64,000 nt of DNA from Novakomyces olei. Taxonomy: Eukaryota. The position numbers and the translations under genes were made by a program. Of the stretch, positions 53,703 through 64,000 are shown piece after piece (position 1 is the first letter of the stretch; every line of letters starts with the position of its first letter). The stretch lies in NCBI GenBank assembly GCA_016906335.1, contig JADEYG010000007.1, positions 1,550,001-1,614,000 of the forward strand. The letters are read 5' to 3'. Below the pieces are notes generated by a model that saw nothing but the letters and a program-made list of their open reading frames with translations, was not told the origin of the DNA and searched no databases.

Positions 53703-56029
53703 CTATCGCGGTGGACCAGGAGCAGTATTGTATGAGTAACGAGGCCGTTGGCGTTGGTTAGATAATTGCTGCTGATTAGGACCAGTGAGAGGCCTACTAG
53801 TGGCGGGCCCAGTGGGCGCATTGGGAGGACCAGTGACAGGCCTACTAGCGGCGGGCCCAGTGGGCGCATTGGGAGGGGCACTACTAAACCCCCGATCATT
53901 GCCATATTCAAAGTTCCTCTTATACTGCTGAGGCCCCTGGCCATGTTGATGATAGGGCCCGGCACGGCCTGCAAAGTGCTGCTTGTAGCCCTTTTTTTTG
54001 TCTCTCCAATTGCCTCCGGCTCCACCATTAGTATACCGTTCAGATCCAAACCCGGCTCCAGTTGCAGCCCAATTCCCGGTGTTTTCAGTCCAGTTTCCAG
54101 AGCCATTTTCTGGTCCATTTCCGTCCACTGCTGGCCCATTATTCATAGCTGCTTGTGCCCAGTTTTTCGCACCTATAACTGCTCCATTCGACTCTGGCTC
54201 TTGCCGACGAGCACCGGTAGCCATTATATGTCCAGCATTAACATTAGCAGCCCAGCCTATTGAATTTTGTCGATTTAGAGCCGTATTTTGGGCATTTGTC
54301 GAGGGCATAACTACTCCTTCTTGCAAACGAGAGCTTAACCCTTCATTTCCAACAGCTCCACCGGCCGGAGCAGGAGGTGGTTTCTGAGCGACTCGCGCGT
54401 CTCGCAGTTTTCGCTTGTTTATTTCATGACTTGCACTGTAGGAAGGAATATCTTCTGGTCTCATTGGTAAAGGCTCTGTAGTGAAATAAGGATGATCTAA
54501 TGCTTCTTCCGCACTTAATCGTTTTGCCGGATCAAGCACAAGCAAAGCGCTCAATAAGGCCACCATTGGTGCTCTAAAGCGGGCAAATTGAGCTTCTAAT
54601 GTCCGTTTATAAGGCTTAAACATCTTTTGCCCTTCGCAGCCCGGTAAAGTATCCCAGCCGGGCATATTCTGAGCAGTCGGAGATCCACAAAGCTGGAATA
54701 TCTTGTCAATCTGATCAAGATCGCTTTGTCCGGGCAGAATAGGCCGACCGGTAAACATTTCGGCAAATACACAGCCGACGCCCCATATATCAATTGCCGT
54801 CGTGTATCTGCGCTCCCCCAATAGAAGCTCAGGTGGACGGTACCACCGGGTGACAACCATGTTTGTATAATCACGCCGGGCTCGAGCTAAATGGGGTTTG
54901 CCCGCAACAGGCGGTTCATCGTCAAAGGCTCGAGCTAAACCAAAATCCGCAATCTTCAGTATGCCATTGTTATCGATAAGAAGGTTTGATGCTAGAACGT
55001 TAGTCCCTTTACGCAACTAGGCCACGCTGTATATAAAAGCTAGCAATATATTCCTATTGCATCTGTATACGTATACGTATATTTGAATAAAAATATATTA
55101 TAGCAGATACCTTTCATGTCGCGATGTAATATTTTATTCTGGTCAATTAGCCACACGTCTGCAAAACTTGTCGCAAAAGTGATAATAGGGAAGAGCGATG
55201 AGTGAGGACGCAAAAGATCAATAGATAATTATCTATAGAAAACTAAAAGTAAGAAAAAATCTACAAACAACCGGCTATTCCGAGCACGGCAAAATCAACA
55301 CCAGCCATCAAACAAGCCCACTTGTGGGTGTATTAGAATAAAACGTGATACAAAATTTTCGATAAAAAGTTCGAATAAAAAACGTACCGCGTGTAAGTAA
55401 GCTACGCCACTGAGCAGCTGCTTCAAATAGCATTTGATTTGCGATTCTGAGAAATGTACAACAGAGTTTTCCAAAAGCCCGGAAAGATCGTGGTCCATGT
55501 ACGGGGTCACCATATATATTTTACCCCTCCGTCGTTGCGTACGGTCGCCTGAGTCGTTCTTAGTATACAGTCTATGAAGCATCAACTCCATACCACGAGC
55601 AACGCTCATGTCAACGAGGCGCAGAATATTCGGGTGCGATAATTTTTTCATGATTTTTATTTCACGCAGTGCAGTAATCGGAAACTGAATGAAATTAGCC
55701 AAAGCCAACACATCTCGACCAGCATACTCCTTCCTTTTCGTTGTGCATTAGTATGAGTTTCAAAGCGACAAGTGCGCTGGAGGCCTTGTTGCGGGCCTTG
55801 TAGACTTCGCTTTGACGTTAGATCTAAATGCAGATTTACAGTCTTACCCAAATGTCCCTTCTCCCAGTTTACTAAGGAATTCATAGCAGTCAACATTCGA
55901 GCACCCTGTCGATGTTTGCTGTGCAATCTGCCGTCGCTCTTGTTCTTGCCGCCTTTCCGCCGGTTGCGCCAGCGATGCGCCCGACTCAGCCAATACTGGC
56001 AAAGGCCCGGCTGCTGACTGGTTTTGCAT
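53703..56029 (-). CDS. BUR1: P-TEFb-type CDK (Bur1/Cdk9), 6 exons
   Basis: [42 protein letters not shown] and [14 protein letters not shown]. Confidence 0.94.
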
Positions 56030-56876
56030 CTGATCAACGCATTCCTTCACCTCACAGATTCTTCGCGTGTCTATACTTTGGACAGCAGTTGCACTGTATT
56101 TGCGCAGCAGTGATGCTGGTATAATTATCGTCTGCTCACTTTACAGCAAAACTCAATAAGAAACGAAAAAGATTTGGCGAGCGAAAATGCGTATATCCAC
56201 TGCGTCCGCTACGCTATACAAACCACGCTAATAATATATGGTAAATATGGTTAAACGCGCATAATACTGTAAACACATGGTGCGCACATTAATTATTTTG
56301 TACATTGTTTCTATAATTCAGTATATATTGAAAATAAAGTACGCAGAGCTCTGGTGTACAGCTTACAGCTTACTGCTAAACTCTTTTTTACTTTTATCTA
56401 AGCAGCATTGCACGCAATATAACGTTATCCTCATCGGGTTCCAACGGTACTCTTATCTCTCGATTACTCCACAACTGCGAGCACAAAAAATATTCGTGCA
56501 ATAATTGAACAGTGATTGCCACAGCCTTTAAGGAGCACTCAAACGCAAAGAAAAGATTGCGGCTCTTTAAAAAGTTCGTTAGAGCTTAAAGTGTCTCTGA
56601 CACAGTCGGGACAAAGCAAAGTATATATCAGAACAGTTTGAAGGAGAAAGGTAGCTTTCACCGGCACTGTTGCACGATATATACCAGATTTCTTTACAAA
56701 GGTACGCGCGGTATCTAAACCCTTTGTCAGAGCTATAAGGCGAGTTGATCTTTGCAAGAGACAAATCAGGTTAAGCGCAGAGCTTTGCTCGTCGAATTTC
56801 AATCTCAGTCAGTCTCGAGATAAAGCATTACACGTCTTTTACAAGTCTTATTCTAGTCTTCAAGTCTGAATCGAAT

Positions 56877-57893
56877 ATGGGGAATATTGGAAAGCAGTTT
56901 GCTCCGCCGCCACTGCACGTAGACTGTGTGGTATCGTGCGACCTTTTCCCACCACCACTCTATCGGCCTTCAGCAGCTCTTTGGAACAGGCTCGCTCCAA
57001 TTGCGAAAATGAGGCTACGGGCACTTTTGCCTGACCCTTCGCAGCCGATGCAAGGCGACGGCCGAAATTGGGTGAAGGCTCTTTTCAGCCGGGCGTTTGG
57101 TACCGGCGCAGAGGACCATGACACGGGGATAGTGGAGCTCTATGAGTCTGGTCGGGAAAATGCCGCCTCTCAGTCATCATCGCTTGTAGTCCTGGGCTAC
57201 CTTAAAGTCGACCCCGAAACTTGGCTCGCATTTGTCGCAAACCCTACTGGATCCCCGCGCTTGGCTTACGTGTTTGAGGCTACCGCTCCTGGAAATTCCA
57301 GCGACAATTTCATGCTGGACGACGAGGAGGATCAATTTGATGCTGCACAGAATTCGTGCGGTGATTGGCGGCTGTTGGAGATTGTAATACTGCGGGGCAA
57401 CGAATCGGCCTTGGCTGAAATTGAACAGAAATGCTCTCCGACTGTGCAAGATGCTGTAGGTGCCTATGTTCGCAGACAGTTGGTTCAAGACTCGGCTATT
57501 AGCGATGAGGAGGACGAAGAAGAACAAAAGACTAATAATGTTGGAATTAATGAAGACGAAGACGAAGATGAGAATGATTCAAAAGCGTACTGGGACGAAT
57601 TTTCAATACGTGCAGGGGAGCCTGGATCCGCGCCAACACGGGAAAATCATGGCACAGAGGTGGCAGAGGACGATTACTTCAATTCGTATGACAAGGTCCA
57701 TGGAGATGGAGACGAATCAGGTGTTAGCAGAAAAAGGAACAGTGGTAATGGTTACAATGGAGGGATATTGGGGCAGCACGGTTCTATCCTGAGGCATATA
57801 GATGAGCTATGGCAGCAAGCCCGGGCAGCGGGTCTATCACTCGATCAGTTTCGGCAGTCAGTAGCGGTCGCTGTGAACTCCATCACACCATAA
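56877..57893 (+). CDS. Acidic uncharacterised fungal protein
   Basis: 338-aa ORF with coding-like composition, acidic tracts flanked by YWDEF and DDYFNSY, and a helical C-terminus; function not recognised. Confidence 0.7.
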   Translation: MGNIGKQFAPPPLHVDCVVSCDLFPPPLYRPSAALWNRLAPIAKMRLRALLPDPSQPMQGDGRNWVKALFSRAFGTGAEDHDTGIVELYESGRENAASQSSSLVVLGYLKVDPETWLAFVANPTGSPRLAYVFEATAPGNSSDNFMLDDEEDQFDAAQNSCGDWRLLEIVILRGNESALAEIEQKCSPTVQDAVGAYVRRQLVQDSAISDEEDEEEQKTNNVGINEDEDEDENDSKAYWDEFSIRAGEPGSAPTRENHGTEVAEDDYFNSYDKVHGDGDESGVSRKRNSGNGYNGGILGQHGSILRHIDELWQQARAAGLSLDQFRQSVAVAVNSITP

Positions 57894-58264
57894 TTGTTGC
57901 ATGTATTATAGCTCTGTACGGGTAAAAATGGACGGAATTGGATAGGTTTGGGGAAAAATGTTGAAAGCGTTTTGTGTAGAATATATATAGCTCAATTTAC
58001 AAAGATAGCAAAAGGATTTCAACTGCACAAATTGATTGGGGATGTAATTTGTGTTTTGTCACTTAATGCTCATTTTGATTATTATTATTTTCTATTTTTG
58101 CTCATACCCTTTTATATAAAGGGACTGGGAAAAAGCTGAAAGTAATTAATATAGATCACGATACTGTACCGCTGCCATTATTACTATTATTTTATCATTA
58201 TTATTACTACTATACAAACCCGCTAAAAATACAAGGGTAATAAAAGCTTTCTATTTATAATTGA

Positions 58265-60035
58265 TCAGCCTGCCTTCGGCATGCCTTCGGCAGCAGAGTC
58301 GTCTTGTCTGTCGTCTGTTTCACCGCCAATCAACTGAATCGGCTTCGTCGCATTCATCTGTCTAGAGAGTCGCATCGACAGCTTTTCGTGAAGCACGCTC
58401 AACCTCGGATTAACGCGATCGGGTATGGAAGTAAGAAAGCTGGCGAGACGCAATAATATTGTGTCGGGCAGTATTTGACCCCTCAAGCCTTGCTCGCAAA
58501 CGCAGAGGAAATCAGCCAAAGAGATGGCAATGTCTGCCAATTTCATTTGCTAGAAATTAGTATAAGATCGTTAAATATAGAAGAAGAACCAAATAAGAAA
58601 AAGATAAAAAGATGGAATATATGGAATCTATATTTAATCTTATATATTTTCAAAATTCAAATCTCTTTTCCGGTTTCTCTTTCCACGGGACGACTTACCA
58701 TTCCTAATCCGTGGGTTTCAAGAATCCTGCGGGGAAATCTGTCCAAATGAACGGCCACAGTTTTCGCAACTAATTCGGGCAAATTAATACTAAGGCCCTC
58801 ATCTTCACGGCCAAGACCTAACTTCACTGAGAAAATTGCCCGCTTCCACAGGACGACTCTCATCCATTGCTGAGTAATGAGAAAATCAGCCTGTTGAAGG
58901 TCATTTCCAGGGTATGTCAGGTGCTTCAGATCATTTAAATATCTATCCATGCTGACGAAAAATTTTTGATCGTGAACTTGCGCGGAATCATTCATAAATT
59001 TACCAAACACTTCAAAAAGTCGACAGAGCCGAGTGAATGCGATTATAGAATCCGCATTATCACAGTGCAATTCTGGTAAATCAGGATTCAAATGCAGTAT
59101 GCGTGGCAGATCAAATCGCGTAGTATGACCACTAGAACAGAGTTAGATTCTGATACAAATGGATAGAAAACACAAACATGAATAAAGCGCAAACGAAATA
59201 AAATAAAAGTTAATACAAGTCTTAGAAAGCGGGCATACAGTTCCGTAATGAATAAAATCCACAAAAGCCTTAAATGCGACTGTTGCTCCTCAAAAGGCAA
59301 ATCAGCATAATGTTTTGGCTGGTCGATGGCAAGGAACTGAGCAAATGTTATAGCCTCACGCAGCAAAAGCGTGGCCTTAAAACTTCTGCCCCGATTCGCG
59401 TGGAAGATATGCAGAAAAAACAACACGCTGACCATTTCTTCAGACACCGTTTCCCGACGATAAAGCTCGAAACATGCACGCTCGGATTCATGTACCATGA
59501 AGTCCGTCCTTGAAATCATTTCTGCCTCAGATCCATTGGAAAGCTTTAATTGTGATACAGTAACCGCGCTTAACGAAGTTCCGACAGCATACGCTTCCAG
59601 ATCATTAGGATCAGACAATCGCTGACTGAACTCAATAGCATTAATAATAGGCCAAACTGAGAACAATCTGCGGCGGTAGGCCTCAAGATAATTGCGCAGT
59701 TCGCTTGCTTCAATCGCTGGCTCGAAGCAGTTTTCTCTAAAAGTCTCATTATGCTTCGAGGAACTTGCTTCACAATCCGGGACTGGGGCCTGTTGCTTCG
59801 ATTGTGCGGCTTTGGCAGCAGCAGCTGCTGCTGCTGCTGATGCTTCAGCTTCCAGTCGTTGCCTCCGCCTCATAACCCAGGGACCTTTTGGACCAGGCTT
59901 CTCCTTGGCTCTTTCGGCCCGACAATCGATTCCAAATGCTTTGCATCTTTGGCACCGAGGTTTCTCACGGCTGCAGCGCACTTTTCGAGCCGCACAGGCA
60001 TCGCAAGCTCTCGAGGAAAGCCGCCTCGCTTCCAT
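58265..60035 (-). CDS. Zn(II)2Cys6 transcription factor, MAL-activator/AmyR-like, 3 exons
   Basis: ACDACAARKVRCSREKPRCQRC..C, then WILFITE, QQADFLITQQWMR and ETHGLGM. Confidence 0.9.
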
Positions 60036-62226
60036 CAGGAACAGATTCGAATCATCACCCGCCTGCCGTTCAATACCAGACCCTGACGGGGAAAAAAGAC
60101 AAATGCTTGACAATTAAAGACACAGTGAGAGGAATTGTGAGCCGTTAGCCGTTAATAGCATGCAAATGTGGTATTATCTTGTCCAGTCTAGGCGAGATTC
60201 AAATCGTACTCCAGACTATTTTTATTAGACGTCGCCGATTAATCAAAATTCGGCTTCTCAGATTATGTAATTTTGGCACCAGATCCTGGGCAATCGTACC
60301 AGTTTATGGGTCTACACATGTATTTAGCATGATAAGCATATTTTTCGAATTTATTATTGACTGGTAGCTTCAGAGGCTCACACTTGTGGAGAAAACCCTG
60401 ATTAGACAAATTGCCTAGATTCTTTTTCCGTGCTGATAATAGACGAATCAACAAGTAAATACAACAATAAATACTGTTGGAAATAATCAAAATAATACTG
60501 AGGATTGGATCTACGTTTAGTGATTTAGATAGAAAACTACATAAGTACAGGTAGCACCCAGATTCAGGTCAGGTGACATTCAAGCTAATTTACTGACTTA
60601 TAAAACTCAACTTTACAACAAATACAATAGATACAGTAAATATAGTAAGATAGTGTGGTATCAGCGACGACTAGTGGTGAGTAGAGCAAAGTCGGCCGGC
60701 AAAAAAACTGAATTACTTTAAAAGCAAGCTTTATGCAATGTTTCCAGATACATTAGAAATCTTATCACTGGCTTATCCCCGAAATGAAGGCATAACCCCT
60801 TTTATTTAGCCTATACTAACAAACTATATTTGGGACTAAACCCTTTCTCAATTTACGACACGTGCAACCCATATCCATCCCACGCAACGATTAGCGCCTC
60901 CACGAAAAGATCAGGTAGCGCTCGGGCAATTGTAAAATAGGTACAAAGAACAAAAGCCCAGATTTCCATTAAACTGTAACGGGGACGAAGCTGTTGCTGC
61001 CCTGGAGCCCAACTTTAATCCAAAGGCCTCGAAGGTTCCTGATTTTATCCACGGCGTGCTATTCGTCATAGACTTGCCGAGCACTACCGGGCTATTAGCC
61101 AAATCGTTAAAATTCCGGGGGAGGCTCATTAATGTGGCACAAACGCCGGAATGCAAAGACATTGTTTAAGCATTACGCAGAAAACTTGGAAAATGGTAAT
61201 ATGATCCAAACGACCCTTGACTTATCCGCGACGGCATGCCCTTTTTGGAGATGAGACCATCCGGGTTCAAATTAAAGTGAAAAAAATGGAAAAGCAAAGA
61301 ATACCGAATTTAAAATTTGTTTTTCAAAAAAAATAAAAACAAAATGGAAATATATGAATTTGATTATTTCACGTGCTAAAAATGAATATGCAATAGAAAT
61401 TGTCCGCCCATACTCCCTTGAAACTCGATCTAAAGGCCAGTATAATACTGCGTCTTTGTTCTGAATGACAAATCACGGATCTTATTTCGTACGCTCAGCG
61501 TCGAAAATATACATCTTTGCGGCATGATGCTGCTTGTAATTTTGATGTATTTGCCCGAGGTCAATAAAGGAAAAGATTTTGATTTTATTTATTTTGTCAA
61601 AATTCACAACAAATCCCACTTTTCGCTAATGAGTCACCACATAATACTTTACTGCAACCTCCGCCTGGGGCAAGAATGTCTTTTTATTAGAAACTCGATT
61701 CAAGCCCGTATTGATTTTGTCCTCAAGAGCTAGATTTACCACGTATTTAAATAATAATCATACCGTACCTCCCACGCAACATCATATGCAGCCAGTCAAA
61801 ATACTTGAAATGGACTGATTGACTTCATTAATGCTTACATACAAAAATAAAAAATAAATAAATCAAAATTTCAAATCTTTCCGCATATAAGTCGGAATAT
61901 TATCATAATCGCAAAGTCGAATGCAAACGCAATACTTTGTTTCTTATCTTTGCGCGGTTGAGCATTATTGAACACCAGGTTTTTCCTGTTTGGATTTTCG
62001 AACCTTCTTGACTTTCATTTTTTTTAACTTTTATTTCCGACGGCATACCTCTGTCTTGAGCTGTTGCACTATGATTCGCAATATTTGTCTTGCACGGCAG
62101 CAACAGTTCGAGTAGCAATAGATCTGGATGAGCATCCTATAGGCGCTCGCCATGAGTTGGTAAGCATTAGCTATCTGCTCTAAGGATTAGAACACTCGAT
62201 TGTTGGAAAGGCGACTTTGTCACGAA

Positions 62227-63920
62227 ATGGCAAAGGGGCCATTCGGAAAGAACGGCTTTAGGCAGTATTTTACTATACAGCTGGCCGGCGCTGTTTCGCT
62301 GATCGCTCTTTCTACACTCAATTATGGATTTGATAATCAAGGTATTGCGACTAGCCAAGCAATGGAGGCTTATCGCGAGCAATTTGGAGAGTTCAATCCA
62401 CATACTCACAAATGGGCAATACCGACTTTCTGGACTTCTTTACTAAACAGTTTGAACTTTATCGGGTTTGCTGTAGGTAATAATAAACAAGACTTTAAAT
62501 TAAAAACAAATAATTAAAGGTAATTTGAATTTTTTTTTCTAATCCAAAGGTTTATACGCTGGAAGTTTGGTGAGTGCTCGATTTGGCCGTCGCACTAGCA
62601 TGTTTTGCATGTCAATTTGGGCTATGATGTCAGCGTCTGTTCTTGTTTCATCGGAAACGATCGGCCAGGTACTAGCTGGACGTATCCTTAATTATGCATA
62701 TATCGGTATGGAACTTTCGACGTGTCCTGTTTTTCAGGCAGAGATAGTGCCTGCTCCTGTCCGTGGGTTTGCTGTGGGCACGTACCAAGTCAGTTTACTT
62801 GTTGGCGGTATTATCATAAATAGTATTTGCAGGGGAACGAGCACTATGAGCTCAAATGCTGCTTGGAGAATACCACAAGGTCTTTTTTTTATTGTGCCTA
62901 GTATTGTGGCCTTCTTTGTATGGTTCCTTCCAGAATCACCTCGCTGGCTACTAGTACAAGGCCGTGATGAGGATGCATTAAACGCTTTGAAAAGATTTCG
63001 CAAATGCGATACTTATTCAGATTATGATGCGAATTTGGAACTTGAAGAAATCAAAAAGTCTTTGGGTGAGGAGCAAAGTAAGGGTACGTATATTGAATTA
63101 TTTAAAGGAACAAATCTGAAGCGGACTTTAATTGCCATGGGAATGAATTTTTTCATTCAGGGAACGGGATCACCTTTTACTGCTGCTTATGGAACACTTT
63201 TTGTACAAAGTTTAAATTCCGTTAATCCCTTCAACTATTCGATTATGAGTTCTTGTGTCAATACTATCACGTGTTTATGCTCGATTTTGGTTGTAGATAG
63301 ATTTGGGAGGAGGCCTATTTTGATGTTTGGTGCTCTTCTGCAAGCTTCCTGGTTGTTTATTATGGGAGCCATTGGTACTGTGCATTCTCCCACTGCGGCT
63401 CAGACCCAGGCTATTGTTGCCGCAACTGCTTTGTCTTCTGCAACAATGTGTTTTGGTTGGGACCCGCTGACTTATATCGTCACTACTGAGGTTCCGGCTT
63501 TGAGGCTACGCGACAAAACTCAGCGTGTGGCTTCGATTGTGAATATTGCTACAAAGTAAAGTCTTTTCATTTATTTCTATTTGTGTTATCGTTAATTGGC
63601 AAAGGACTTGAGCTAACCCGCTTTTTGCTTTTAGTTTTGTATTCTCCTTTTTCACTCCATATCTACTTAATGATCCATATGCCCATCTTGAATCAAAAGT
63701 GGGTTTCATTTTTGGGAGCATTGCAGTATTAGGGCTCGGCTTTGCTTTTTTCTGCGTACCAGAGACTAAAGGGTTATCGTTGGAAGACATTCAAGTTCTG
63801 TTTCAGAACAGAATTCCCCTCAAGCATTTTCAAAGTGAAAAAGGTAGAAAGTGTCTGGAGGAGCATAACGAAACGCATGCGCTTCAGTCAGATTCCGTGT
63901 CTTTTCCGACTAAATTGTGA
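62227..63920 (+). CDS. MFS sugar porter (alpha-glucoside/maltose-permease-like), 3 exons
   Basis: ARFGRR, AEIVPAPVRG, PESPRW, VDRFGRR, EVPALRLR and VPETKG. Confidence 0.92.
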
Positions 63921-64000
63921 AGCACAAAAGCTTCTATAGAGTATGATTTATCAAATTATGTATTATTCGAGCATTACTCATTATTTTATAATTTTGTTTT

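Noticed and set aside
56636-56670. GAAGGAGAAAGGTAGC resembling U6atac
   Set aside because: Spacing is wrong, and there is no internal stem-loop, U4atac-pairing segment or oligo-U end.

Overview
Gene-dense, intron-rich fungal nuclear DNA. It is inferred to come from an early-diverging ascomycete (Taphrinomycotina- or Lipomycetales-like), based on mostly 37-60 nt introns, TTAGGG-type motifs and fission-yeast-like Vip1/Wdr8/Wpl1 genes. I reconstructed 26 protein-coding genes by hand, including ELF1, which the ORF track misses: FMN1, a FAS1-domain protein, neurofibromin/Ira RasGAP, MHF2, GTR2, PUS7, a bZIP, RPA190, RTT109, SWC5, a PPR protein, a histidine acid phosphatase, CLP1, hexokinase, GAR1, Vip1-like, a DHA2 MFS, HOT13, DES1, WDR8, ELF1, FUR1, WPL1, BUR1/CDK9, an acidic unknown, and a MAL-like Zn2Cys6 factor. 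A 27th gene, a sugar porter, is divergently paired with the Zn2Cys6 factor. Intergenic spaces carry long AT-rich micro/minisatellites. I saw no transposon, tRNA, rRNA or CRISPR. The strongest unusual signal is a 41-nt AT-AC intron with U2-type signals that is required to make riboflavin kinase. It sits in a genome where about a quarter of acceptors are AAG and several donors are degenerate. Weaker leads are a telomerase-RNA-like template with a flanking helix, two ~600-nt AUG-free leaders, recurrent teloboxes and a retrocopy-like RTT109. All assignments come from motif recognition; no searches were run.
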